Made by a program: the position numbers and the translations under genes | Origin: Gammaproteobacteria bacterium | GTDB taxonomy: Bacteria; Pseudomonadota; Gammaproteobacteria; GCA-001735895 | Direction: 5' to 3' | Assembly: GCA_041569645.1 (NCBI GenBank) | Contig: JBFFXR010000002.1 | Span: 1 to 52,747 of the forward strand | Length of the DNA: 52,747 nt | The notes under the pieces: model-generated | What the model saw: the letters and a program-made list of their open reading frames with translations, nothing else | Databases searched by the model: none | Told to the model about the DNA's origin: nothing | Shown here: positions 17,843 to 28,480 of the stretch, one piece after another | Layout: each line of letters begins with the position of its first letter | Numbering within the stretch: position 1 is the first letter of the stretch

Positions 17843-19549
17843 ATGGCCGCAACCAATATGAATTTGACCGGAATCGCGCGCAAGCTCGTGATGGACAAGC
17901 ATCTCGATGAAGGCGCGGCGATTCAGGCGGTCGAGGCGGCCAACAAGGAGGGGGTACAGCTGACCAGCTTCCTGGTCAGCAACAAGATCGTGCCGTCGAG
18001 CGTCATCGCGATGATTTCGTCGCAGGAGTTCGGCCTGCCGGTATTCGACCTGACGGTCATGGACACCGAACTGGCGGCGTTTTCGCTGGTCGAGGAAAAA
18101 CTGATCGTCAAGCTCAACGCCGCGCCGCTGTTCAAGCGCGGCAACAAGCTGTTCGTCGCGATTTCGAGCCCGACCAATACCCAGGCGCTCGATGAATTCA
18201 AGTTCGCCACGGGTCTCTCCACCGAGGCGGTGCTGGTGCAGGAAGACCAGCTCACGGACTTCATCGAGAAAGGCACGTCCGCGATGGACACCGCGATGGA
18301 CGACATGCTCGACGACGATCTCGAGAATCTCGATATCGGCGGCGAGGAAGAAGAAGACAGCGGGCCGACCGCAGCCGATGCCGAAGACGCGCCGGTCGTC
18401 AAGTACGTCAACAAGATCCTGCTCGACGCGATCAACAAGGGTGCGTCGGACATCCACTTCGAACCCTACGAAAAAAAGTACCGGATTCGCTACCGGATCG
18501 ACGGCATCCTGCAGGAAGTCGCGTCGCCGCCGATCAACATCGCCGCCAAGCTGACCGCGCGCGTCAAGGTCATGTCACGGATGGACATTTCCGAGCGACG
18601 CGTACCGCAGGACGGCCGCATCAAGCTCAAGCTGTCGAAAAAACGCGCGATCGATTTCCGCGTCAACACCTGCCCGACGCTGTTCGGCGAGAAAGTCGTG
18701 CTGCGGATCCTCGACCCGTCGAGCGCCAAGCTCGGCATCGATGCGCTCGGCTACGAGCCCGAACAAAAAGATTTGTACATGAAGGCGCTGGCCAATCCCT
18801 ACGGCATGATCCTGGTCACCGGCCCGACCGGTAGCGGTAAGACGGTGTCGCTGTATACGGGCCTCAACATCCTGAATAAACCCGAAACGAATATCTCGAC
18901 TGCCGAGGATCCGGCCGAGATCAACCTCGAGGGGATCAACCAGGTCAACGTCAACGATAAGGTCGGGCTGACTTTCGCCGAGGCGCTCAAGGCCTTCCTG
19001 CGCCAGGACCCGGACGTGATCATGGTCGGCGAGATCCGCGATATTGAAACCGCCAACATTGCGATCAAGGCGGCGCAGACCGGCCACCTCGTGCTGTCGA
19101 CCCTGCACACCAACGACGCGCCGCAAACCCTGACGCGCCTGATGAACATGGGCGTGCCGGCGTTCAATATCGCGACCTCGGTCAGCCTGATCATCGCCCA
19201 ACGACTCGGCCGCAGGTTGTGCCCCGAGTGCAAGGCGCTCGACGATCTGCCCAAGGACGTCCTGGTCAGGGAAGGCTTCAAGAAAGAAGACCTGGCCGAG
19301 GATTTCAAGCTCTACAAGGCCGTCGGCTGCGACAAGTGTGTCGGCGGCTACAAGGGCCGGGTCGGCATATACCAGGTCATGACGATCTCCGAGGAAATGG
19401 GCCGCCTGATCATGAGCGGCGCCAACTCGATCGACCTCGCCGACCAGGCGGCGAAGGAAGGCATCGACGATCTGCGCCGTTCGGCGCTGAAGAAAGTCAT
19501 GCAGGGCATTCTCAGCCTGGAAGAAGCAAACCGCGTTACTAAGGACTAA
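17843..19549 (+). CDS. pilB: type IV pilus assembly ATPase PilB
   Basis: 568 aa; N-terminal T2SS-E N domains, Walker A GPTGSGKT, Asp/His boxes, tetracysteine CPEC...CDKC. Confidence 0.93.
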   Translation: MAATNMNLTGIARKLVMDKHLDEGAAIQAVEAANKEGVQLTSFLVSNKIVPSSVIAMISSQEFGLPVFDLTVMDTELAAFSLVEEKLIVKLNAAPLFKRGNKLFVAISSPTNTQALDEFKFATGLSTEAVLVQEDQLTDFIEKGTSAMDTAMDDMLDDDLENLDIGGEEEEDSGPTAADAEDAPVVKYVNKILLDAINKGASDIHFEPYEKKYRIRYRIDGILQEVASPPINIAAKLTARVKVMSRMDISERRVPQDGRIKLKLSKKRAIDFRVNTCPTLFGEKVVLRILDPSSAKLGIDALGYEPEQKDLYMKALANPYGMILVTGPTGSGKTVSLYTGLNILNKPETNISTAEDPAEINLEGINQVNVNDKVGLTFAEALKAFLRQDPDVIMVGEIRDIETANIAIKAAQTGHLVLSTLHTNDAPQTLTRLMNMGVPAFNIATSVSLIIAQRLGRRLCPECKALDDLPKDVLVREGFKKEDLAEDFKLYKAVGCDKCVGGYKGRVGIYQVMTISEEMGRLIMSGANSIDLADQAAKEGIDDLRRSALKKVMQGILSLEEANRVTKD

Positions 19550-19552
19550 GCA

Positions 19553-20776
19553 ATGGCAGCAAAAGCAGCGACCGCCGAAAAAATCGAATTTCTCTACGAG
19601 GGCACCAATCGCGGTGGCACCAAGGTCAAGGGCGAAATATTTGCACTCAGCGATACGCTCGCCAAAAGCGAACTGCGCAAGCAGGGAATCAATCCGCTCA
19701 AGGTCAAGAAAAAGCCGCAACCGCTGTTCGGCAGCGGCGCCAAGGTCAAAGCCGCCGACATCGCCATATTCGCGCGCCAGATGGCGACGATGATGCAGGC
19801 CGGCGTACCGCTGGTGCAGTCCTTCGAGATCATCGGCCAGGGTAACGAAAACCCGGCGATGCAAAAACTGATCTACGGCGTCAAGACCGATGTCGAATCC
19901 GGCTTGCCGCTCGCCGAGGCGCTCGCCAGGCACCCACTGCACTTCGACCAGCTGTTCGTCAACCTGGTGAACGCGGGCGAGCAATCCGGCGCGCTCGAAA
20001 GCATGCTCGACAAGCTGGCGACCTACAAGGAAAAAACCGAAGCGCTCAAGGCCAAGGTCAAAAAGGCCTTGTTCTATCCGATCGCGGTGCTCGTCGTCGC
20101 CTTCGTCGTGACCGTCATCCTGCTGGTCTTCGTCGTGCCGCAATTTCAGGATCTCTTCGAATCCTTCGGCGCAGACCTGCCGGCGCTGACGCTGTTCGTT
20201 ATCGGTCTTTCCGATTTCATGCAAACATGGTGGTACGTCATCGCCGGCGCGATCGCCGGTATCGTTTGGTTCATACTGCGACTGAAGAAAACCTCGCCGA
20301 AGGTGCAGGAAGCCTTCGACCGCTTCGCGCTGCGCGCGCCGGTGGTCGGCGATATCGCGACCAAATCCGCGATTGCGCGCTTTTCGCGAACGCTCGAGAC
20401 CATGTCCGCCGCCGGCGTGCCGCTGGTCGAAGCGATGGATTCGGTCGCCGGCGCCACCGGCAACATCATCTACCACGACGCCAGCCTGCGAATCAAGGAC
20501 GAGGTATCGCAAGGCACCCAGCTTCAGACCTCGATGCGCAACACGGGTCTTTTCCCGAACATGGCGATCCAGATGGTTTCGATCGGCGAGGAAGCCGGTT
20601 CGCTCGACGCGATGCTCGCCAAGGTGGCCGACTTCTACGAGGCCGAGGTCGACAATGCGGTCGACGCGCTGACCTCGCTGCTCGAGCCGATAATCATGGC
20701 GGTTCTCGGCATTCTCGTCGGCGGCCTGATCATCGCGATGTACCTGCCGATCTTCAAACTGGGCTCGGTCGTCTAG
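19553..20776 (+). CDS. pilC: type IV pilus platform protein PilC
   Basis: 407 aa; duplicated GspF-type domains (FARQMATMMQAGVPL and FSRTLETMSAAGVPL), 3 TM segments. Confidence 0.92.
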   Translation: MAAKAATAEKIEFLYEGTNRGGTKVKGEIFALSDTLAKSELRKQGINPLKVKKKPQPLFGSGAKVKAADIAIFARQMATMMQAGVPLVQSFEIIGQGNENPAMQKLIYGVKTDVESGLPLAEALARHPLHFDQLFVNLVNAGEQSGALESMLDKLATYKEKTEALKAKVKKALFYPIAVLVVAFVVTVILLVFVVPQFQDLFESFGADLPALTLFVIGLSDFMQTWWYVIAGAIAGIVWFILRLKKTSPKVQEAFDRFALRAPVVGDIATKSAIARFSRTLETMSAAGVPLVEAMDSVAGATGNIIYHDASLRIKDEVSQGTQLQTSMRNTGLFPNMAIQMVSIGEEAGSLDAMLAKVADFYEAEVDNAVDALTSLLEPIIMAVLGILVGGLIIAMYLPIFKLGSVV

Positions 20777-20800
20777 GCGGCGTTCGTCCAGGGCGGGTTT

Positions 20801-21676
20801 TTGTTCCAGCAGTTTCTCTACCTGTTAGAGCAGAGTCCGACCTTTTTTCTCGGCAGCCTGTTCGTGATCGGGCTCGCCGTGGGCAGTTTTCTCAACGTCG
20901 TCATCTATCGTCTGCCGGTCATGATGCAGCGCGAGTGGCGACGCGACTGCCTCGAGCTGCTCGAACAGGCTGCGCCTGGTGACAGTGAGCGCTTCGATCT
21001 GGCCTATCCGCCGTCACGCTGCGGCCAGTGCGGGCATCGAATCACCGCGCTGGAGAACATTCCGCTACTGAGTTACATCGCGCTCGGCGGTAAATGCGCC
21101 GCCTGCAAAACCCCGATATCGCTGCAGTATCCGCTGGTCGAACTGTTTACCGGCCTGGTTTCGGTGGCCGTCGGCTGGCGTTTCGGCGTCGGTATCGAAA
21201 CGCCGGCCGCATTGATTCTGAGCTGGAGTCTGATCGCCATGAGCGGCATCGATATCGGCCACAAGCTGCTGCCCGACAGCATCACCCTGCCGGTGCTGTG
21301 GCTCGGCCTGCTGCTGGCGCTCGGCGACGTATTCGTGCCGCTCGACACCAGCGTCATCGGCGCCGCGGCCGGCTACCTGAGCCTGTGGAGCGTATTCATG
21401 CTGTTCAAGCTCGTGACCGGCAAGGAAGGCATGGGCTACGGCGATTTCAAGCTGCTCGCCGCGCTCGGCGCCTGGACCGGCTGGGAAATGTTGTTTGTGA
21501 TCGTGTTGACCTCGTCGGTGGTCGGCGCCACGATCGGCATCACGATGATCTTGCTCAAACGCAGCGAACGCGGCACGCAAATACCGTTCGGCCCCTACCT
21601 CGCGGCGGCCGGCTGGATTACGCTGCTGTGGGGCGATTCGCTGCTGCGCTCCTACTACGCCCTGTTCGGGCTGTGA
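20801..21676 (+). CDS. pilD: prepilin peptidase / N-methyltransferase PilD
   Basis: 291 aa (TTG start per track); CGQCGHRI...CAAC zinc motif, GMGYGDFKLLAALGAW aspartyl-protease motif. Confidence 0.9.
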   Translation: MFQQFLYLLEQSPTFFLGSLFVIGLAVGSFLNVVIYRLPVMMQREWRRDCLELLEQAAPGDSERFDLAYPPSRCGQCGHRITALENIPLLSYIALGGKCAACKTPISLQYPLVELFTGLVSVAVGWRFGVGIETPAALILSWSLIAMSGIDIGHKLLPDSITLPVLWLGLLLALGDVFVPLDTSVIGAAAGYLSLWSVFMLFKLVTGKEGMGYGDFKLLAALGAWTGWEMLFVIVLTSSVVGATIGITMILLKRSERGTQIPFGPYLAAAGWITLLWGDSLLRSYYALFGL

Positions 21677-22287
21677 GCGACGACGCCGTGTTCGCGATCG
21701 GGCTGACGGGGGGCATCGCATCGGGCAAGACGACGATCAGCGACCTGTTCGCCCAGCGCGGCGTGCCGGTAATCGATACCGACGTCATCAGCCGCGGCCT
21801 GCTCGAGCCCGGCGAACCGGCCTTCAACCAGGTACGCGCGCATTTCGGCGACGAGATCATCGCTGCCGACGGTCGAATCCAGCGTTCCCGCCTGCGCGAA
21901 ATCGTGTTCAACGACAGGCGCGAAAAATCCTGGCTCGAAACCATGCTGCACCCACTGATCTACCAGCGCAGTCTCGACACGATTCGTCGGCACAGGCGCG
22001 ACGCCTATGTGCTGGTGGTGATTCCGCTATTGTTCGAAACCAACTTCCAGGCGCTGGTCGACCGGATCCTGGTCGTCGACTGCCCGGCCGCGATGCAAAT
22101 CGAGCGGCTTACCCGGCGCGACGGGATCAGCGTCGATCTGGCGCGCAAGATGATCGCCCAGCAACTGTCGAACGAAGACCGCATCGCCCGGGCTCACGAC
22201 GTCATCGACAATAGTCACGACGGCGCCAGGCTCGACGCCGAAGTCGAGCGGCTGCATCGCCAATACCTCGCGCTGGCAAACGCCTAG
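21673..22287 (+). CDS. coaE: dephospho-CoA kinase
   Basis: C-terminal part of track ORF 21094..22287. GTG at 21673 overlaps the pilD stop (GTGA). VSDDAVFAIGLTGGIASGKTT P-loop. The upstream 193 codons of the track ORF lie inside pilD in another frame. Confidence 0.88.
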   Translation: MSDDAVFAIGLTGGIASGKTTISDLFAQRGVPVIDTDVISRGLLEPGEPAFNQVRAHFGDEIIAADGRIQRSRLREIVFNDRREKSWLETMLHPLIYQRSLDTIRRHRRDAYVLVVIPLLFETNFQALVDRILVVDCPAAMQIERLTRRDGISVDLARKMIAQQLSNEDRIARAHDVIDNSHDGARLDAEVERLHRQYLALANA

Positions 22288-22371
22288 CGCACAGACGCCG
22301 GCGATTTCAACGGGGTCCAGTGCATTGCGTTTTCCGCTATAATTTAAAGGTTTCCCCTATTGTTTTCCGCG

Positions 22372-23145
22372 ATGTCGGCTAAATACCAGACTTTCGAGCA
22401 GCCGCTAAACGAGCGCATCCGCATGTTATTGCGCGTCGAGACGCTGATGAAGCGCTATCACTATTTCGAGGCGCTGAAGGGGGACTGGAGCGCCTATTCG
22501 GCATTGCTGACGATTCTCGAAATCACATCGCTGCTCGAACGGGGCGACCTGAAGCAGGAGCTGATGAAGGAACTCGAGCGCCAGCATATCGCGCTCAAGG
22601 CCATGGCCGATCACGCGGAAATCGACCGCGGCAAGCTGGATTCGATCCTGAGCAAGCAAAAGCAGGCGCTCGAGCGCATCCATCGCCTCGATGGCAAGCT
22701 CGGCGAACATCTGAAACGTACCGACTTCCTGCTCGGAATCAAGCAACGAACGTCGATTCCCGGCGGCTCCTGTGATTTCGACCTGCCGCAACTACGCTTC
22801 TGGCTGAACCGGGAACACGAACGGCGCGTCGCCGACCTGCGCCTGTGGGTCGCGCCCTATCTCGAGGTCGACGAAGTCATCGAGCTGATCCTCGCCACCA
22901 TCCGCGACAGCGCCAGCGCGAACCAGGTCATCGCCGAAAACGGTTTCTACCAGGAATCGCTGAATACCCGCAAGGCCAACCAGTTGCTCCGCATCGGCGT
23001 CGACGCCGACGCGCCCTACTACCCCGAGATCAGTGCCGGCAAGCACCGCTACTCGGTGCGCTTCATGCAACCCCAGGGCGGCGACGCGCCGTCGACGCAG
23101 GTCAAGGACGACGTCGTTTTCCAGCTGTTGCGCTGTTCGCTATAG
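22372..23145 (+). CDS. zapD: cell division protein ZapD
   Basis: ATG at 22372 within track ORF 22360..23145; YQTFEQPLNERIRMLLRVE N-terminus typical of ZapD/YacF; the coaE-zapD order is conserved in many gammaproteobacteria. Confidence 0.85.
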   Translation: MSAKYQTFEQPLNERIRMLLRVETLMKRYHYFEALKGDWSAYSALLTILEITSLLERGDLKQELMKELERQHIALKAMADHAEIDRGKLDSILSKQKQALERIHRLDGKLGEHLKRTDFLLGIKQRTSIPGGSCDFDLPQLRFWLNREHERRVADLRLWVAPYLEVDEVIELILATIRDSASANQVIAENGFYQESLNTRKANQLLRIGVDADAPYYPEISAGKHRYSVRFMQPQGGDAPSTQVKDDVVFQLLRCSL

Positions 23146-23575
23146 CATCGAGAACCGGCCGATCGGCGGGTGGAAAGCTGAAGTCGTCGATCTGCGTGAC
23201 CGATATCCATTTCACCACCTGGCGTTCGAGCGCCACGACGCTGCCATCGTAGGCATCGACCGTCCAGAAATCGAGCAGTACGTTGCATTCGGGATAACGC
23301 TGGTAGACCCGCATGAGCGGCTTGGCCCGCGTGGGCCGAATGCCGACCTCTTCGCCGAGCTCGCGGTACAGCGCCTGCCAATCGCTCTCGCCGGACTCGC
23401 GCTTGCCGCCGGGAAATTCCCACAAGTCGGCAAGGTGCTGATCCGCGCGGCGTTGCGCGATCAGGAATTCGCGCCTGTCGGGATTACGCCAGATGACCGC
23501 CGCAACGACGTGCACATGATCCTCGTCGATCGGACCGGGATCGACGATCGGCGCCTCAGCTGCGGTACTCGGCAT
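23102..23575 (-). CDS. mutT: 8-oxo-dGTP diphosphatase (Nudix, MutT)
   Basis: Nudix box GGKRESGESDWQALYRELGEEVGI. ATG at 23575 (MPSTAAEAP) preferred over 23629. Overlaps the argJ 3' end by 20 nt and the convergent zapD 3' end by 44 nt. Confidence 0.82.
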   Translation of the reverse strand: MPSTAAEAPIVDPGPIDEDHVHVVAAVIWRNPDRREFLIAQRRADQHLADLWEFPGGKRESGESDWQALYRELGEEVGIRPTRAKPLMRVYQRYPECNVLLDFWTVDAYDGSVVALERQVVKWISVTQIDDFSFPPADRPVLDAIANSATAGKRRRP

Positions 23576-24767
23576 TGATCCTGACGTAGTCGTAGGACAG
23601 ATCCGAAGTCCAGACCCGGGCGCGGGCATCGCCGAGATTGAGGTTCACGCGAATACGGATTTCGCTGCGCCGCATCTCGGCCAGCCCCAGTGCTTCGCGA
23701 TAGTCGGGATCGGGCAGTCCTCGATGCAACAACCGAAGCTCGCCGAGACAAACGTCAACGCGCTGCGGGTCGATGCGCCCGAGCGGCGCGCGTCCGATCG
23801 CCATAATCAGCCGCCCCCAGTTCGGATCCGATGCGAACAGCGCGGTCTTCACCAGCGGCGACTCGGCGATCGTAAACGCGACGCTGCGCGCATCGGCGTC
23901 GCTGTCGGCACCCTCGACCTCGACCTCGACGAACTTGGTGGCGCCCTCGGCATCGCGGATGATGGCTTGCGCGAGCTGCTCGAACAGTTTGCGCAGCGCG
24001 TTGCGCAGCTTATCGCCGCCGCCGTCGAGATCGACTCCTGAGGCGCCGGTAGCGATCAGCACGCAGGAATCGTTGGTCGACGTGTCGCCGTCGACCGTGA
24101 TCGCGTTGAAGCTGGTCGCGACCAGTTCGCCGAGTAGCGTCTGCAGCGCATCACCGTCGATCGCCGCGTCGGTCGCGACGAAGGCGAGCATGGTCGCCAT
24201 GTTCGGTTTGATCATGCCCGAGCCCTTCGCGATGCCGGTCATGGTCACCCTGCGGCCGTCTATTTCGACTCGCGTACTGACCGCTTTCGGCAGCGTATCG
24301 GTGGTCATGATACCCTCGGCCGCGGCCAGCCAGGCATCGGCCGCGAGCGTTTCGACGAGCCGCGGAATCGCCCCGCGAATCGGTTCGAGCGGCAAGGCTT
24401 CGGCAATCACGCCGGTGGAAAACGGCAATACCTCTTCTGCGGTGACGCCGCCCGCTGCGGCAACCACGGCGCAGCTGGCGGCCGCGGTTTCGAGACCCGC
24501 CTCACCGGTCGCCGCGTTGGCGTTACCCGAGTTGATCAGCAGGTAGCGCGCCGCCGGTTGTGCCTGCAAATGGCGCCGGCACAGAATCACCGGCGCGGCG
24601 CAGAAATGGCTTTGCGTGAAGACCGCAGCGACGCTCGCGCCGGCGGCGATTTCGATCAGGCTCAGGTCCTTGACCGCCGGATCCTTTTTTATGCCGCAGT
24701 GGGTCGCGGCGAGCCGAATACCGTCGACAGGATAGAGTTCACCCGGAGCCTGCAAGCCGACCGCCAT
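23556..24767 (-). CDS. argJ: bifunctional ornithine acetyltransferase / N-acetylglutamate synthase
   Basis: 403 aa; GIAKGSGMIKPNMATMLAFVATDA containing the autoproteolytic ATML site. Confidence 0.92.
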   Translation of the reverse strand: MAVGLQAPGELYPVDGIRLAATHCGIKKDPAVKDLSLIEIAAGASVAAVFTQSHFCAAPVILCRRHLQAQPAARYLLINSGNANAATGEAGLETAAASCAVVAAAGGVTAEEVLPFSTGVIAEALPLEPIRGAIPRLVETLAADAWLAAAEGIMTTDTLPKAVSTRVEIDGRRVTMTGIAKGSGMIKPNMATMLAFVATDAAIDGDALQTLLGELVATSFNAITVDGDTSTNDSCVLIATGASGVDLDGGGDKLRNALRKLFEQLAQAIIRDAEGATKFVEVEVEGADSDADARSVAFTIAESPLVKTALFASDPNWGRLIMAIGRAPLGRIDPQRVDVCLGELRLLHRGLPDPDYREALGLAEMRRSEIRIRVNLNLGDARARVWTSDLSYDYVRINAEYRS

Positions 24768-24770
24768 GAA

Positions 24771-27473
24771 TTACAGCTTGCCGTGGCACTGCTTGAATTT
24801 CTTGCCCGAACCGCACCAGCAAGGCTCGTTGCGGCCGATCTTGCGTTCCTTGCGCACGTAAGGCTGGTGCGCTTCCTCGGCTTCGGCTTCGGCTTCCGGC
24901 GCCGCCAGCGGGTTTTGCGCGCTGGCATGCTCCATTTTCATCGCCGGTTCGGCGGCGTGGCTCTGCTCGAGCGCCTCGACCTGCGCTTCGCTGCGCACCT
25001 GCACGCGCGTCAACGCCTGTACGACCTCGTAATTGATGCTATCGAGCATCGCGGTGAACATCTCGAACGATTCGCGCTTGAACTCCTGCACCGGATTTTT
25101 TTGCGCATAACCGCGCAGGCCGATGCCCTGGCGCAGGTAGTCCATCGCCGCAAGATGCTCCTTCCAGTGGCGATCGACGATCATCAGCGTGATTTCCTTT
25201 TCCAGCCGCACGGTCAATTCCTCGCCGAGCATTTCGACCTTGTCCCGATAAGCCGCCTCGAAGTGCTCCAGAATACGCTCGAGCAGGTCTTCGTCGCCAA
25301 GTTCGTCGTCCTCGTCGAGCCAGCGCGCGAGCGGCAATTCGACGCCGAACTCGGTTGCGAGCGTCTGCTCGAGGCCGGGTAAATCCCACTGTTCGTCGAG
25401 CGAGTTCGGCGGCACGTGGGCGTGAAACAGGTTCGTCAGCACATCTATGCGCATATTGGCAATCGCCTCGCTGATGCTGTCGGCATGCAGCAGGTCGTTG
25501 CGTTGCTGGTAAATGACCTTGCGCTGGTCGTTGGCGACGTCGTCGTATTGCAGCAATTGCTTGCGGATGTCGAAGTTATGGGCCTCGACCTTGCGCTGCG
25601 CGTTTTCGATCGCGCGGCTGACCCAGGGATGTTCGATCGCCTCGCCCTCCTCCATGCCGAGGCGCTGCATCAGCCCGGCAACTCGCTCGGAAGCGAAAAT
25701 CCGCATCAGGCTGTCTTCCATCGACAGGTAAAAGCGCGACGAACCCGGGTCGCCCTGGCGGCCGGAACGGCCGCGCAGCTGGTTGTCGATGCGCCGCGAT
25801 TCGTGGCGTTCGGTGCCGACGATGTGCAAACCACCGGCGGCAATGACCTGCTCGTGGAGCCCCTGCCATTCCCGAGTCAGCTTGTCGCGCGCAGCGGCGT
25901 CGTCTTCGGGAGTTTCGTTCAGGTGGACCTCGAGATTGCCGCCGAGCACGATGTCGGTGCCGCGGCCGGCCATGTTGGTCGCAATCGTGACGGTGCCCGG
26001 CATGCCGGCGTCGGCAATGATCTTGGCCTCGCGTTCGTGCTGTTTGGCATTGAGAATCTGGTGCTTGATGTCGAGCTTGTCGAGCAGCCCGGAGAGATAT
26101 TCCGAGGTTTCGACCGAGGTCGTGCCGACCAGCACCGGCTGACCGCGACCGACGCAATCGCGAATGTCGTCGATGATCGCATCGAATTTCTCGCGCTTGG
26201 TCAGGTATATCAGGTCGCCGAGATCTTCACGAATCATCGGCACGTTGGTCGGCACCACGACGACCTCGAGACCGTAGATTTGCTGGAACTCGAAAGCCTC
26301 GGTATCGGCGGTACCGGTCATGCCAGCCAGTTTTTCGTAGAGTCGAAAGTAGTTCTGAAACGTGATCGACGCGATCGTCTGGTTTTCGTGCTGGATGCGC
26401 ACGCCTTCCTTGGCTTCGATCGCCTGGTGCAAGCCGTCCGACCAGCGCCGGCCCGGCATCGTGCGGCCGGTAAATTCATCGACGATCACGACCGCGCCGT
26501 CCTGGATCAGGTAATCGACGTCGCGGTGATACAGCGCGTGCGCGCGCAGGCCCGCGTTCAGATGATGAACCAGCGCGATGTTGCTGGCGTCGTAGAGGCT
26601 CTCGCCTTCTTGCAGCAAGCCCGCTTCGACGAGCAGGCGCTCGGCCGTATCGTGGCCTTCCTCGGTGAGAAACGCCTGGCGGGATTTTTCGTCGATCGAA
26701 TAATCGCCCGGCCCGTCCTCGGATTCGACCGGCTTGAGTTTCGGGATTACGCCATTGATGCGCTGGTACAGGTCGGAACTGTCGCTCGCCTGCCCCGAAA
26801 TGATCAACGGCGTACGCGCTTCGTCGATCAGGATCGAATCGACCTCGTCGACGATCGCGAAGTGCAAGCCACGCTGGACACGCTCGTCGAGCGTGAAGCA
26901 GAGATTGTCGTGCATGTAGTCGAAGCCGAACTGGTTGTTGGTACCGTAGGTGATGTCGGCCTGGTAGGATTCACGCTTGCGGTTGTAGTCCATCGTGCTC
27001 AATACGACGCCGACGCTGAGACCGAGAAATTCGTAAATATGCCCCATCCACTCGGCGTCGCGCTCGGCGAGGTAGTCGTTGACCGTGACGATATGCACGC
27101 CCTTGCCGCTCAGCGCGTTCAAATAGGCCGGCAGCGTCGCGACCAGCGTCTTGCCCTCGCCGGTGCGCATCTCGGTGATCTGGTTGTTGTCGAGGATCAT
27201 GCCACCGACGAGCTGCACGTCGTAGTGGCGCAGTCCCAGCGTGCGCACCGAGGCTTCGCGGACCACGGCAAAAGCCTCGTCGAGAATTTGATCGAGGGTT
27301 TCGCCGTCGGCGAGACGGCGCTTGAATTCGTCGGTCTTGGATTTGAGCTCGGCATCACTCAGCGACTGCATTTGCGGTTCGAGCAGGTTGATGCGCTGCA
27401 CCCGCTGACTGAGCTTCTTTATAATGCGGTCGTTGCGACTGCCGAACAGGGCTTTACCAATTTTGGACAACAT
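24771..27473 (-). CDS. secA: preprotein translocase ATPase SecA
   Basis: ATG at 27473 (the track M at 27476 is TTG); [10 protein letters not shown] Walker [21 protein letters not shown]-terminal zinc motif [14 protein letters not shown]. Confidence 0.95.
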   Translation of the reverse strand: MLSKIGKALFGSRNDRIIKKLSQRVQRINLLEPQMQSLSDAELKSKTDEFKRRLADGETLDQILDEAFAVVREASVRTLGLRHYDVQLVGGMILDNNQITEMRTGEGKTLVATLPAYLNALSGKGVHIVTVNDYLAERDAEWMGHIYEFLGLSVGVVLSTMDYNRKRESYQADITYGTNNQFGFDYMHDNLCFTLDERVQRGLHFAIVDEVDSILIDEARTPLIISGQASDSSDLYQRINGVIPKLKPVESEDGPGDYSIDEKSRQAFLTEEGHDTAERLLVEAGLLQEGESLYDASNIALVHHLNAGLRAHALYHRDVDYLIQDGAVVIVDEFTGRTMPGRRWSDGLHQAIEAKEGVRIQHENQTIASITFQNYFRLYEKLAGMTGTADTEAFEFQQIYGLEVVVVPTNVPMIREDLGDLIYLTKREKFDAIIDDIRDCVGRGQPVLVGTTSVETSEYLSGLLDKLDIKHQILNAKQHEREAKIIADAGMPGTVTIATNMAGRGTDIVLGGNLEVHLNETPEDDAAARDKLTREWQGLHEQVIAAGGLHIVGTERHESRRIDNQLRGRSGRQGDPGSSRFYLSMEDSLMRIFASERVAGLMQRLGMEEGEAIEHPWVSRAIENAQRKVEAHNFDIRKQLLQYDDVANDQRKVIYQQRNDLLHADSISEAIANMRIDVLTNLFHAHVPPNSLDEQWDLPGLEQTLATEFGVELPLARWLDEDDELGDEDLLERILEHFEAAYRDKVEMLGEELTVRLEKEITLMIVDRHWKEHLAAMDYLRQGIGLRGYAQKNPVQEFKRESFEMFTAMLDSINYEVVQALTRVQVRSEAQVEALEQSHAAEPAMKMEHASAQNPLAAPEAEAEAEEAHQPYVRKERKIGRNEPCWCGSGKKFKQCHGKL

Positions 27474-27560
27474 CAAACGACCGTAGCTAACGAACAGTTA
27501 ACAAGAGTTGGTGACTAGTTGGATTGTTTCAAGCGCAACGCCGAATTAACGGGTCGACGC

Positions 27561-28472
27561 TCAGTTTGAATCACGAATAAACCGCACGGGATTGATCTCG
27601 CGGCCGTTCTTCAATACCTCGAAATGAACATGCGGCCCGGTGGAGCGCCCCGACGAGCCGATCTCGGCAATTTGAAACCCTTTCTCTATCGTGTCGCCAA
27701 CCGACACCAGCAGGCGTGAATTGTGCGCGTAGCGTGTCGTGTAGCCGTTGCCGTGCGCAATGTCGATGACCTTGCCGTAACCATAACGCTTGCCGGCATA
27801 GGTCACGACGCCCTTGGCCACGGCGATGACCGGCCCGCCGAGCTTGCCGGCAAAATCGATGCCCTTGTGCATTTCCCGGCGCCCCGACAACGGGTGCGTG
27901 CGCATGCCGTAATACGACGAAATCCAGCCGCGCGTTATCGGTCGACCGCTGGGCTGAACTTCCTTGCGCAGGTTTTCGTTGAGCACCAGATTTTCGAGTA
28001 CCGTCAATTGATCTTCGCGCGCCTCGAGCTCGAGACTCAGCTGATCGATTGCAATCGACAGTTCGTTGGGCTCGATACCCGTGTTGCTGACCGTCTCGGG
28101 TCCGCCGACCGCCGGCGCCTGGTCGAAGTCGAACTCACCCTTCTCGATGCTCGCCATGTGAGTGAGCTTGCGGCCGAGCGCATCGAGCCGCATGACGTGT
28201 GCCTGCAACAGGCCGATACGCGACGAAAGCGCGTCGATATTGGCGTCGGCTTCCTCGCGGATGTGTTCGAGTTGCACCTGCTGTCGATGCACCTTGGACT
28301 GCCATTCACTGATCAGCGCGTGATTGTCGGGATTCTTCAGGCGATAACCCAGGTAAGCCGAGCCGCCTGCGATTGCCCCAATTAATACCATCATCAGCAA
28401 CAAGTGCAGCGGCTTGGCGAGATTCAGCCCGCATATTTTGCCCTTGTTGGATGACAGAATTAGGATATTCAA
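27561..28472 (-). CDS. M23 family metallopeptidase with N-terminal TM anchor and coiled coil
   Basis: 303 aa; HKGIDFAG, HNSRLLV, GSSGRSTGPHVHFEV (LytM-type HxxxD / HxH motifs). Confidence 0.88.
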   Translation of the reverse strand: MNILILSSNKGKICGLNLAKPLHLLLMMVLIGAIAGGSAYLGYRLKNPDNHALISEWQSKVHRQQVQLEHIREEADANIDALSSRIGLLQAHVMRLDALGRKLTHMASIEKGEFDFDQAPAVGGPETVSNTGIEPNELSIAIDQLSLELEAREDQLTVLENLVLNENLRKEVQPSGRPITRGWISSYYGMRTHPLSGRREMHKGIDFAGKLGGPVIAVAKGVVTYAGKRYGYGKVIDIAHGNGYTTRYAHNSRLLVSVGDTIEKGFQIAEIGSSGRSTGPHVHFEVLKNGREINPVRFIRDSN

Positions 28473-28480
28473 GACGCTAC

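Noticed and set aside
21094-21672. N-terminal 193 codons of the 397-aa track ORF that ends as coaE.
   Set aside because: This part lies entirely inside pilD in another frame and is Arg/Ala-rich. The CoaE P-loop begins just after a GTG at 21673 that overlaps the pilD stop. Analogous over-extensions were trimmed for ybaB (36121..36501), the M48 peptidase (32302..32559), smpB (37933..37992), pilS, mutT, the HD-GYP gene and the CHASE2 kinase.
27474-27560. Checked for a secM-like leader ORF or arrest peptide upstream of secA.
   Set aside because: There is no ORF with a start and RBS in the 87-nt spacer. The M23 peptidase gene ends immediately upstream.
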